Assembly (NCBI GenBank): GCA_010093605.1 | Contig: MU004182.1 | Span: 1,583,032-1,647,031, forward strand | Origin: Lophium mytilinum | Taxonomy: Eukaryota | Length of the DNA: 64,000 bases | Reading direction: 5' to 3' | Part shown: positions 14,865 to 26,626 of the stretch, piece by piece | Numbering within the stretch: the stretch's first letter is position 1 | Layout of the letters: each line of letters opens with the position of its first letter | Program-made: the position numbers and the translations under genes | The notes under the pieces: generated by a model | What the model was told of the DNA's origin: nothing | The model's database searches: none | The model's input: the letters and a program-made list of their open reading frames with translations, nothing else

Positions 14865-15410
14865 TTAAGATAACGGCACCTTGCTTCCATACGGCCAGAG
14901 GCGAAACATTGGAGCAGCACAGATCAAGTAAGCGGCAAATACTAGCAGAAGTAAGCCTAGGAGCCCGCCGCACCTCCGGAACCTGATACGAGGTGTCGTA
15001 ATCGTATCGGACGAGGATGGAGACTCGGGCGAGGATGGGGGCGCGGACGCCAACGCTTGACGCCGTCGGGGCACGTAAAATCTAGCGGCTGCGGTGGGTG
15101 TAGATAGGACGTCAGCCGCGGAGAGTCCGGATTCGAGATCGCTGTGATCGGAGAACTGATGATGCGTTAGGCATAGCCTGCGGGATAACAGATTGGCCTC
15201 TCTACTTACGGAGTCGTAGCTTTGGGAGCTGGGGATGTATGCTGGTGGCAGTGACTCCATTGATGATGGCTGATCTCTCAGCTCGGGGGATGAAGGCAGA
15301 ACTGGGAAAGAGGTGTACTCTAGTGCTGGTACATAGGGTGGTGGAAGCGGAGTGATTTCTTGGTCAGGGTATGCCGGTGGTGCGTCGTTTGGAGTGTTTG
15401 TCAAAGCCAT
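14865..15410 (-). CDS. Small hypothetical membrane protein with PPxY motifs
   Basis: ORF from ATG at 15410 (MALTNTPNDAPPAY...). Contains PPAY, PPPY and PPAY, and one C-terminal hydrophobic helix (GGLLGLLLLVFAAYLICAA). Confidence 0.6.
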   Translation of the reverse strand: MALTNTPNDAPPAYPDQEITPLPPPYVPALEYTSFPVLPSSPELRDQPSSMESLPPAYIPSSQSYDSVSREANLLSRRLCLTHHQFSDHSDLESGLSAADVLSTPTAAARFYVPRRRQALASAPPSSPESPSSSDTITTPRIRFRRCGGLLGLLLLVFAAYLICAAPMFRLWPYGSKVPLS

Positions 15411-15899
15411 GACTGTTGGTAATGCCTCTAGCCTTTGTAGCGCTGTAGGGGCGCACACTTGCTAGTTATGCCCTTGTAGAAATAAGATGTCGGCCTGGTA
15501 TAAGTAGGAAGGGAGGAATGGAGGTTGATGATCTTATAGCCACCCTGATTTTCTCGAGTTCGCGAACCTTGGGACAGCATACCTATGCTGGTTCCCTGAT
15601 CCACCCACAGATGATTGGTTCATTGGGCTGAATTGCTCAGCAGAGGTTTTCATAGGCTGGAGTTGTGTCGACATACCGGGCATTTGATTCATCTATTCAA
15701 AGGTAGCCAGCACAAGACATCAAATCATGCCAGGCATGAGGGCTAAAGCCAATAGAAACCCACACATAGATATGGCAACATCACTAAGGGAGTCTTTCTT
15801 GAGAGCAAGGGACAGGGGTATGTGAATTCATTATGTCGCCGCAAGACTATCCAGTCGGTATGAACCTCATCAAACTCCAAAGTCAATGAGCAAGCTCCG

Positions 15900-16960
15900 C
15901 TACATCACCACACAGCACGAGTTCTGCTTCTTGGCCTACGACGTCGAAGTTAGCGTCAAGAGCTGGATACAATTCCTCTTGATTTTCCACAATCTGGGTG
16001 ACTTACCTGAGAATAGAACAGTTTGCTCGACGCGCTCAGAGTGTCAGACTTTGCGACTAAGTCGTCTATCTTCTCGCCTCGCTCCAGGACCGATTCGATC
16101 GTCTTGTGCAGCACGATTTTAGTCTCATCTAGCTCTTTCTGTATCTTCGTCAAGGCGTCCGCCTTGTTCGGGTCCTGCCATGTTTCGATGTACGTTGCGA
16201 GCTCGGGGAAGGGAAGTGTAGTCGGGGTGGTGGCGTTTTCCCAGGTTTTCTTGGGGTTCTTGACGATAAACTCTGTGGACAGGCATTAGACAGCGGTGAG
16301 AGCAGCACGAGTCCTTGGTCCTTACCTTCAGCTACTTTGTTGAGCAGCTGATGAGCTACTCGAGCCGGGTATTCCTCATCTTGTGGTTTGTCAACTCTCT
16401 GTCCAATACTGTTTATTTGATGATCATACCTGCCATGAGCAAAGCAACAAAGCCACCTTGAACCTTGCTATAATTGTGGTGCACATAGACGTTGTAACCT
16501 GAAAGTAATGTGAGACTAAGTGGCTATGCGTGCTCGGCCGAGAGAGTTGCGTACCAGTCTTGCTGTCCTGCACCACCTCTCTTTGGACTGTGCCATTGGG
16601 GTCTTTGGCCTTTGCGCCTTTCACTATGATCCCCGCAGACACGGCCATGAGTTCCGCTACGGTGCCTCGCATGAAGACATTCACCTAGAAGAGTATGAGC
16701 TCAAGTTTCGATATCGGAGGAAACTCAAGTTGCTATATCGGAGGGATCGTACGCTAGTTTTGAGGGAGGTTTCGGCGCATAACTCCTGTAGGCGAATTAG
16801 AGGACGCATAAAGAAGGTTCCATGATGGTGGGAACTTACAACCGGCGGGTCTGCTTTCTTCCACACCTATCTGAATGTCAACAGTTGTCCCGAGACTCGG
16901 TAGACTCGAACAATGCTCTAGTTGGGAACGGAGGCTTACACCGATATAGGTAATCTTCAT
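15900..16960 (-). CDS. YKT6: Ykt6-family prenylated longin R-SNARE (about 8 exons)
   Basis: N-terminus MKITYIG, YPARVAHQLL, SNARE motif KIQKELDETKIVLHKTIESVLERGEKIDDLVAKSD, C-terminal KKQNSCCVVM (CCaaX). GT-AG introns connect the pieces. Confidence 0.93.
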
Positions 16961-17439
16961 GGCGGCGAGTGAACTGGAGACAGTATGTTGTACGAAGGGC
17001 TAAGCAGGAGCTACGTCGAAGTTATCCAGGTGGCGGAAAGAAGTTGCGTAAAGAGGTCGGCGAAGTGGTGCCTGGCCGGAGCTGAGGTGTTGATATAGGA
17101 CGGGAGCGTGGTGGCGGAGTTAACTGGACGTCAATTTGTCGTATTCAAAACGGAGTACATTCCTTGGCGTTTTTCTCCGTGCACCCCCCCTAATTTTGTA
17201 AGCGCGCGCCTGGGATCGTTAGATAGGATATATATTAATTTTTAACCACTTTTTAACATACCTATATTAGCTATTAGTAAGGCCTCTTATATATATATTA
17301 GAGCTTATATACTAATAATTTTTAGTATTTCTAGTATAAGTTAATAACTTAATCTATAGTTAAATCCTCCTCTCTACTAGCGCGTAAACCTAACTCCAGA
17401 ATTAAACCCTAATATTAGCCTTACAGCGCCTAGATATTA

Positions 17440-18480
17440 TGCGGCTCCTCTAGCTTAATAAGCACCCTAAATAGATTACTAAGGTTATTTATATCTACTA
17501 GAAGATAGTATATAATATAGAAAAATGCATAATTCTCTATAGCGCGCCTATAAGGCCTCTATAAATTAAGATAGAATAGCTAAGAAGGCTTACTATAGTA
17601 GATAAAAAGGTAGTACTCTAATAGCTTCTAGAAAATAGCTAGTGTAATTAAGATAAGATTTAAATATAGCTTAATCTTAAGTGTAGTATTAGAGCTTTAT
17701 AGCTAACTATATTACGCATAATAAAAAGAAATAGATAGAGTAAAAAGTAGGCCTAGCGCTAGTTAAACTGCGCAAGTAAGAAGTTAAGGTTAAAGTACTT
17801 AGAGCTTACTAGTTACTATAAGCTAAAAGATCTTATTTTTCTTAATAAGTCTATATTTAATAAGAAGACTAGCTAGCGCTATTATATATACGCACCTATT
17901 AGAAGTTCTACGCGCTACTAGGGGCCTATAAATTACGGAAATATATAGAGTATATACGTAGTAATAAGTATAGTAGAGTAGCTACTATATATAGCTATAT
18001 AAGAGGGCTACTTTAATACTAAGAAGTTCTAAAGCTAGGTTATTACTACTCTTCTACTAGCTATAGAAGGCGAATTTAAGGGCCACTTAAAGGTTATTAT
18101 TCTAGATAATATTAGAATATATACTAAGAAAGCTCTTATATATATAATCTAGGCGTAAGAATATCTAGTATATTTTCTACTACTATACTTACTAGATTTT
18201 AACCCTATAGAGTTAACCTTTACTACGCTAAAGGCGTAAATCTGCAGGTATTACTATTACCTGCGCCCGGCCTATTATAACTTTAGTAACTTCCTAAGAG
18301 CTGCTATTAAGTAGAGCCGGTATAATTACTTTACTTAAAAGTAGTTCTATTATATAGCTAGAGGAGTATACTATATAAGAGAAGAAATAGATAGAATTTA
18401 GGCTAAGCTAGATATATATAAGAGAGGTAATACTAATACTTAAATTAAGAAGAAGTAGATAGAGAAGTAGATTAAGGCCT
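17440..18480 (+). pseudogene. RIP-inactivated DD34E (DDE_3-type) transposase
   Basis: De-RIPped FLDES at ~17840, ILDN at ~18100 and LPPYSPDFNPIE at ~18177-18212. There are 34 codons between the second D and the E. Ends are approximate. Confidence 0.85.
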
Positions 18481-18559
18481 AAGTATATACTATATATAGC
18501 CTTTCTATATAATATATACTCTATATATAGCCTTACTATTTTTTATATACTTTCTAGGC

Positions 18560-18640
18560 TAAGGCTTAAGTATTAGCGCTGGCGGATAATCTAAGGCTTA
18601 AGTATTAGCACTAGCAGATAATCTATAGCTTATATATTAG
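18560..18640. repeat. 32-bp direct repeats containing GGCTTAAGTATTAG, downstream of the transposase
   Basis: aaggcttaagtattagc(g/a)ct(g/a)gc(g/a)gataatct occurs twice, plus a partial third copy. Confidence 0.8.
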
Positions 18641-19906
18641 TATAGAGTAAAGTTATATAGTAAAGCTTAATAGCTATTATTTATTTTTCTATATATTCTT
18701 ACCTCTCTCTTAACTCTCTTTTTTCTTTAGACTTTATATACTATTAATTACTACCTTTATAATACTATAGCTAATAATACTATAGCTAATAACGCTAGTA
18801 ATTAGGGCTCTATCTCTAGCCTAATTAATAATATTCTTATAGAGCCCTCCCCCTCTCTACCTCTTACCGCGCACCTCTTTAGAACCGCGTACCCCTTTAA
18901 GCCCCTTAGAGTTTGCCCAAATCCTCTAGTAATATAGGTAGTAGTAGCTAGGCCGCTCTCTACTAAGAAGAAGATAATAGGCGTTTAAGCTAAAGATAAG
19001 GCGCTAGAAGCTTTCTCTAGCGAGAGCCTAGAGAATTCTAGCCCTTAGAGGCTTTATATAGTATATAGTAGGCCTATACACCCCCTTTCTACTTTTACTA
19101 TTAGTAGAGATATCTATAATATACCTAACTAAAAGAAGAATAAAGATAAGAATAAGAATAAAAATAAAAAGAAGAGAACTAATCCCCCTCTACTATATAT
19201 AATTTCTAGTATAGTAGCTTAAGAATCTAGCTAACCTATTTATATAGAAAGCGCCGCGCTTACTACCTACCCTTTTCCCTTACTATTACTATTATTCTAG
19301 GCCTACTAACTTTCTCTTAGTATACTAATAACCTTACTACTACTCTTAGCTCCTCTACTATTACTATAGCCCTCTAAGAGCGCTTCTACTATACTAAGCT
19401 TACCTATATAGAGCTTATTAACGGCTAATATAGCTAGAATTAGGCGGGCCTAGCCTGCGGCGTATATCTAAAGTGCGCCTAGAATATATCTATAGGGGGC
19501 TATTATTAGTATAATATTAATTTCTATACTAATAATAATCTAGGTAGTAAATATAGTATATATAGAGTTAGAAGTAAGCGCTATATATAGGTTAATACTG
19601 CGGGAGATATAGTAGTATTTAAGTAGGCTCTAAAGCCTAGAGCTAGTTATACTAGAAGAAAGAAGTAGAGAATTAAGCCTATTTAACTATATACTTAGGA
19701 ACTATAACTATAACTTTAAAAGGTTATTACTACTAACTAATATTTCTATATATCTAGCACGCGGATATAAATATACACATCTAGACGCGTAATTTAGCTA
19801 TCTATTTATATAATTTAGACTTATATTTACTAAGATATAATAAAGTAATAGATTCTATTTCTAGGTAGCCTCCCTATTTTATATATACTCTATATATAAT
19901 CTAACC

Positions 19907-20172
19907 TAAGGCTTAAGTATTAGCTATAAGAATTCTATTCTAATATTTTACGGCTTAAGTATTAGTAGTAAGAATCTTATTTTAATATTTTAAGGCTTAA
20001 GTATTAGCGCAGGGTAAATTTTCTCTACGCTAATACTTAAGCCTTAAAATAGAATCCTTACTACTAATACTTAAGCTGTAAAATATTAGAATAAGATTCT
20101 TACTACTAATACTTAAGCCGCAAGATATTAAGGTATATTTTTATATTTTACCTATACTAATACTTAAGCCTT
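19907..20172. repeat. Internal palindromic array: three direct and four inverted copies of GGCTTAAGTATTAG
   Basis: Direct copies at ~19910, 19952 and 19994 (42-bp period). Inverted copies at ~20030, 20064, 20106 and 20157. Confidence 0.85.
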
Positions 20173-22719
20173 AAACTATAAATACCCTTTAATTAATAGG
20201 TAGTATATATATTATAGGTAGTATATATTAGATAGATAGTATATATCTATTACTATATACTCTACCCCCTATTACCTAGTAGAGTAAGATTAAACGCTAC
20301 TTTATTCTTCTAGTATAGCTACTTAAACCTATATAGCTTCTTAGTAAACTTTATAGCTATTCTATTTAATATTTCTAGCTATATAGCCTTATAATACGCC
20401 TCTAAGCTTCTATTTATTATCTAATAAAGGAAATCTATATTCTAAGCCTAATTTATTACTACCTAGGCCGCCTACTACTAGCGCTAGCGTAAACTAGCGT
20501 TCTATATACTATTAACTTTCTAATAGAAGAACGCCTCTAGTATATCTATATTCTTCTTCTTAGAGTATACTAGGCTTAAGCTCTTTAGTTAGTAAGGTTC
20601 TATAGCGGCCGGGGCCTAAGTTAAGGGTGGTAGTAGTAGTAGTAGAGAAAGAAGAGGTATAGATATAAATGCCGGCGCATATAGAAATGCTAGAAACCTA
20701 GTAGAAATATATAGATTTAGTAGATAATAGAGTAGTAGAGAAGGGGGAGAATAGTAGCTATACTACTACTATTAAGGCTATAACTAAGGCTATAATAGAG
20801 GCTGCTATATACTTAAAAACCTCTTAGCTATAGCTATTATCTATTATATACTACTAAGCTCTATAGTCTACTTTATTATTACCTTAATATTATCTATAGT
20901 ACTTACCGCCTACTACGCTCTTATTATCTTTACTAGCTAATAATATTTTAAACCTATAGGCCTGTTTATTTAAAGCTCCTTTAATAATTTAATTAGGGGC
21001 ACTAATATAGTAGCCTTACCGCGCGCTATAGTATTAGCCTATACCTTCTGCTACTTAGTAAGTATAATAAAGTGCTCGCCGCTATTAAGAAAGTAGTAGC
21101 TATTAAAGTTACTACACTCTTTATTAGTATACTTCTAATACTGCATTAGGTCTATATTATAGTCTCTTGCATTAGTAATTCTACTTATTATAGCCTTATA
21201 CTACTATAGTAGCTTCCCGCTATAACTTTTAGGTATAGCTATAGCCGGTAAGAACTTAAGTATAATTAACTTTCTAGATAGATTAGATATAACTTTATAT
21301 TTAAATAGGAGCGCTATAGTACTCTTCTAGAAGACCGCCTACTTTATATTAAGGGCTATAAATAATCTATTAAAAGAGAATATAGAGAAGTTATCTATAT
21401 TATATATTTATATACTACCTTTACTATTTAAAGTATATATTATAGTAGTATAGAAAGTAATAGTATACTTCTAGTAGTTACTATTAGCCTACGCCTTTAT
21501 AACTAGCTTATTAAGTTCTAGCTTAATATTATTACTAGAGAGGCTAAGCTGTATCTTTATACCTACTACCTTGCTGCCCGCCTTCTTCTTATTAATAAAT
21601 AGCTAGAAAGATAGGTTAATATTATAGTCTAGAGGACTAGCAGGTAATAGCAGTAATATTAATACTATACACTTATAGCGCGCTAGAGTAAGAGAAGTAG
21701 AAGAGAATATAAAAGGTAGACCTCTACCTCTATCTAGTAGTAATAATAGCAGTACTACTAGCATAGAGTTATAACTATTCTAGATCTCTTTATTCTATAC
21801 TACTTCTTCTTACCGCTATACTATCTCCTCTTACTATTGCGCTGCCTCCTCTTACTATTACGCTGCCTCCTCTTGCACTGCGCGCTACCTATCTATCGCC
21901 GCAGCCTTACATGTAGCCTTCTTAGCTACCTAAGCCTCGCGCTATAGTCTATTCTTTCTCTCTCTTACTACTTTAGCTAAAAGATCTATATCTAGTCTTG
22001 CGGCAGCTTTAATAGTAGCTTAGCTATTATTAGAGTATATATATCTCTCTCTCTAGGCAGTAGTCTATATATTCTCTAGCGCAACTCTAAGCAATCCTAT
22101 AAAAGTACCTACTTCTTTTCTTCCTCCTCTTTCTCTACCTCTTCTAGCCGCTAGTAGGTCTCTAGAGTATTAGGCATTATTATTAAAGGTTACGCTGCAT
22201 TAAGAATATTATAGTAGTACTAGAATACTAGAAATTATTAGTATATAAGCTCTAATATATATATAAGAGGCCTTACTAATAGCTAATATAGATATATTAA
22301 AAAGTAGTTAAAAATTAATATATATCCTATCTAATAATCCTAGGCGCGCGCTTACAAAATTAGGGGGGGTGCACGGAGAAAAACGCCAAGGAATGTACTC
22401 CATTTTGAATACGACAAATCTCACAGGCAAGGCGGGCGGTCAGCGACTCCATTTATCTTGGCATGCGCCCGAGCTCAACCTCGACGCTTGAATCTCCTCG
22501 TGCCCGTCACCACGCTGCTGTTCTCGTCCTCCGACGATAATTACAGCAGCACCGCCAGCTTCAATCATCCTCCAGCTTGCCATACAAAACACAATCCTCG
22601 GGACCCTTGCCCACGTCGCCACCCTTCGACCACCACATCCCCCGCTCCTCCGAACTATCCGCATCCGACAGCAAACAGCTACCTACACACTTCGAGGATT
22701 ACGATACGCGTGCAAAACA

Positions 22720-23209
22720 ATGGCGTCGCGCATCATTAGCTCCGCTGCCAGGCACGCTACGTCGCCCATCATCAAGAGCTCGAGGTTTGGTGCGCAGAGG
22801 TCATTCAGCGCCGGGGCGAGGTTGCAAGATGCCGTAGTTGCTCCGGTAAAGAAGCCGGTTGGCGCATTTAGAGGCGGGTGAGTGGCTTTTTCAACCCCTA
22901 CTCCTCAATGCCAGAGTCCCGGTAGATGCTGATGGGTTGCAATTGTACAGGCTCTTCGGCTTCCTCCTCGGTACCGCCGGTACTGGCGCGGGCATGTACT
23001 ACTACGTCCTGGACGAATATAAGGTGTCGAATGAGCTGTTGACTGAAGACATCTACGTGAGTTCTCCTTGTTGCTGATAGGAAAGGCCAATGTCTGGTTG
23101 GGAGTAGTCTGACACTGCATCACAGGCACTACAAGCTGCCGTGCAGAGGATAGAGTCATACGTCCGGACGCTCGAGGAGAAGGTTGAGGCATCCACTAAG
23201 AAGAAGTAG
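22720..23209 (+). CDS. Small conserved fungal protein, probably mitochondrial single-pass membrane
   Basis: Exons 22720-22877, 22951-23056 and 23126-23209. Arg/Ser-rich presequence (MASRIISSAARHA...RSFS), then PVGAFRGGLFGFLLG...YYYVLDEYKVSNELLTEDIYALQAAVQRIE. Confidence 0.85.
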
Positions 23210-23576
23210 AGGGCCTATAGAACCTGACGCTCTTCGGACCGCATTGAACCAGATGGAAGCTTGGGTCCTATCTGCATGGTGTGATCATCATCGTGAACGC
23301 GCCCCGTCGGTCATTTTCGGACAGATGCCTCGTAGCAGAGAACTTGTTAGCTGTGAACTATGGGCAAAGGTCTGGTGGACTATCAAACTTGTAGCGTGGA
23401 AAACTTGTATTTGTATATCTCGTTTCTGATGGTTATTCCAGCTCTCAAATGCTCATCTGCAAATACTAAGGCGCTTGCTTTGGACATAATTAACGAGCCT
23501 CTACGTCATTGCTACATTACTTTCCCTTTCCACTCCGCTCTCTCTCTGTCGATATACCTTTTTCCAGCTTTCATGT

Positions 23577-25676
23577 TCATACAATCGTCAATCTCCTCGT
23601 TACTGTCTTTGCCCTAGCTGTTTGCATTTCCAGAAGGGGGTCCATAAAATGTGAGCCTAGTCTTTCGAACGCGCCAGGTCTTTTGAACGATAGTCCGAGA
23701 ACAAGGTAGACTTCTCGGTAGTCCGGATCATCTTTGGTGAAGGCGGTATATAAGAGCAAGTGATAGGCCCGATACCAGTCGCCGGAATGCTTAATTTCAA
23801 CATCGCTACTCCGATGCGGCGCAATATCTGAACCAGTGCACCATTCTTCGGCTGGATAATGTTTCGGAAGAGGGGACGCGGCGAGTTGTGTGTCACATTT
23901 GAAGCCGAAACCTGCCATCCTGTAATCAGGTTTTGGCTTCTCATCATCCCAGCTATAATCCACCCATGCTCCTCCATCCCATGTTTCTGGGATACGGATC
24001 CAGGATGGAGCAACAGGTCCCTCGACAATGATACTAGCGTCTTTTACGTGGCCGAAAGGATTAGCACCCGCTAGTGTGCAAGTAGCCTCTAGCATTTTCG
24101 TGGCTTCGACATTCGCCTCGATATTCTCCGCCCTATAGCGGACTCCACCGCTGATAGAGGCCCAGCTGAAAGTTGGTGCCTGATAGCTCGGACATAACTC
24201 GATCGGCCTTGGGTAGGGAATTGTGTGAGAGGCTACCCAGGATAAGCCAAAGATGACATGCTGCTCCCATATCCCGCCCAAGTACCGGCCTTCAATTCTA
24301 GGCGACAATCTCGCTACCACGCCAGACAATGCGGGGAGCTTATCCGTGCCTTTGGTTAGGTTCCGGCGTGAATAAACCGGCACAACACGTGTATACCAGA
24401 AATGTAGTGCTTCTGCCTTGGTAAACTGTGCTACGTTGCGAAAGTTATAGTCGTGGCGGTCGTCCTGAAACTTGGTGTTATTCATGCCACATTCGCAGCA
24501 GTGAATGGCATTACACTCCCATTTCATCTCCGCGGTCGAGTAGAGTAGGCTTCGAGGTGGGAGCAGCCGCTCTTGATAAGTCCATGCGCGCATGTCAATA
24601 GGGTCAATGGGATCTAAAAGAAATTTATGGTCCAAAAGCTCCTGAAATCTGACCGGTGTAGGCGCGGGAAAATCACTCCCAAGCATGACAGTTCCTGCAA
24701 GTATATCCTTGCGTACAAGCATACCTTTTTCATGCCCAGATGCCGCTGCCGCGGCTATAGTAAGAAGGGAATTTTGGTATATCGATCCCATCTTCGCAGA
24801 CTGTCGCTCCCAATCTTCTTGGTCTTCCTGGATGATGCACTTTAATGGGTCAGCGCTACCTCAGATAGCTCACCGAAAAGGTCTTTTACTGACTATAGAA
24901 TCAATCCATAGAAAGCGATAACCTAAGAAGGCCGTGACCTGGATGGCATCTTGAAAAGTTCGAGGTAGTCTTGCCCATGGGATGTCTTTCTTCCATTCAA
25001 TCAAGTCTTCCTTGTTTCTCGTCTTCAGCGGCTGCTCCTTGCCCCAGCAATGCGACAGCGCAACGTAACTTCCTTTGTCTCCGTCCGTTTCAACCAACTG
25101 TACCTCGAATGACTTCGACTTATCAGCCCGCTTCCGGATATACAACAGGCGATCTGGCAAGTCGACACATCTTGTATCCGCACATCCCGGATGCTCCTTC
25201 AAACACCGCCTCAGCCACCTCCTCGCAAGCATCAGGGAACCTCGAGACCCGGCGTGCTCCAAGACCGGCGCCCACACTGGTAGCGTTGGATGCTCCTGAT
25301 AATCTTGTAGTTCCTCCTCATCTTCGACATTGTTCGGATCCTTAGGAAGGAAGACGTAAAGCGAGATGTCCTTGAAAACAACCCGTGGAGGATGTTTAGA
25401 ACTATAAAAGAGTGTGTATATCTTTTCTTCTTCCCACCCTTGCGTAAAGAACTCAGAGCCATGGGATTGTCTCCATACCTCGCTGGCGACGTCGTATATG
25501 TCGCAGATCAACGCGCACAAGTGACAGGACTCAGCGGATCTGGAGTAGACCTCTGATGCGATGGTCTCGGACGCAAAGCCCTCTTCTCGTTTATGCGTTT
25601 GGTTGCAGCAGATGATGCAAGTCATGGTTTTCCGCTTCCTAGTCTCCCACGAAAAGAGTCGCTGGAGGAGAGACAT
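23577..25676 (-). CDS. HET-domain (heterokaryon incompatibility) protein
   Basis: YVALSHCWG, LPRTFQDAI, FLWIDSI/CIIQ (intron 24840-24893), MGSIYQNSLLTIAA, RAWTYQERLL, DKLPALSG and APTFSWAS. Confidence 0.93.
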
Positions 25677-26255
25677 GACGACGCTGTTGTGGCCCACTAT
25701 ATATTTGCGGACGTAATGCCTTGCAACACGGTCTTGGGTCCGGGAGGCTTTCTGGATGGTGGGTCGAGTGCCCGATCAAGAAACAACAAGTGCTTTTGCT
25801 GTGGCTTGGGTTCGACAGCTCCTTCTGCAAGTTGTCCTGTAAGAAGACGGGAGGGCGGGAGGCTCGTCGCTTTATCTGAGCATCAGAGGGTGCGAGGCGG
25901 AGTAAGTGATTTTCGTGGCGCAGCAGCGGAGCGTCTCCAATGAACGATTGGCTGTCTGCAGGTATCCATACCTAAGGTTCACAACAACGATGATCCGAAG
26001 CGACATGATAAGGATATATTCTTGAGCAGTGACACTATATGGCCTCTTCAACATCGACTTCCAAAGAATGGGCTAAGCCGAATCTGGTTGCATAGACAAA
26101 ACCCCCATATTTCCAAGTCTTTCTATCAAGAACTGAAGCTTCTGCCTTCTCAGCTATTGGGAACGTGAACCATCTGGGCAAATAACGACCTTTGTGTTGA
26201 GGCTCGATCACTATACTAAGTAGCATAAGTTGAACGTCCTTGAAGGACGTCCTAT

Positions 26256-26467
26256 ATCAGGTTACAGAATTGAGGTACATTTGGCGTGTTAAGATGTATA
26301 AAGTGGAGTCATTCCATGCAATTGACACTCAGTTTTGGCATATTATTGCTCGACACTCCAGATTAAGCTATAGAATTAGAGATAATCTTGGTGTGGTGAG
26401 ATGTATAAAGTGGAGCCAGTCCGTGCGATATGAACTCGATTTTGGCATACTATTGCTTGACACCCTA
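26256..26467. repeat. Diverged ~106-bp tandem duplication
   Basis: AGATGTATAAAGTGGAG and TTTTGGCATA.TATTGCT.GACAC each occur twice, about 106 bp apart. Confidence 0.8.
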
Positions 26468-26626
26468 AATCAGGTCGTTTTGAAACCTGATGTGCTGAAT
26501 AGCATATTCCACGCACGGACCCCTGAAATTTATAAACCCATCTCCACCCCACCAAACCGGGCATCCATCTCGAAAAAAATCTCCCCCTCCATCCACCCCA
26601 CAACACCACCCCGAATCCCGATTTCG

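Larger units (their letters stand above)
17134..22419. mobile_element. 5.3-kb RIP-degenerate Tc1/IS630-type DNA transposon with ~200-bp terminal inverted repeats
   Basis: ATTTGTCGTATTCAAAAYGGAGTACATTCCTTGGCG... at 17134 is the inverted copy of the sequence ending at 22419. The match extends about 200 bp inward. The interior is AT-rich and TpA-rich. Confidence 0.93.

Noticed and set aside
19907..20172. CRISPR-like appearance of regularly spaced repeats
   Set aside because: Eukaryotic context, the spacers resemble each other, the orientation flips, and there are no cas genes.
26240..26626. N-terminal extension of the AFG2 ORF given by the ORF track
   Set aside because: Starts at TTG and runs through the tandem duplication and a CA-rich 5' UTR-like tract. 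ATG 26627 is the more plausible start.
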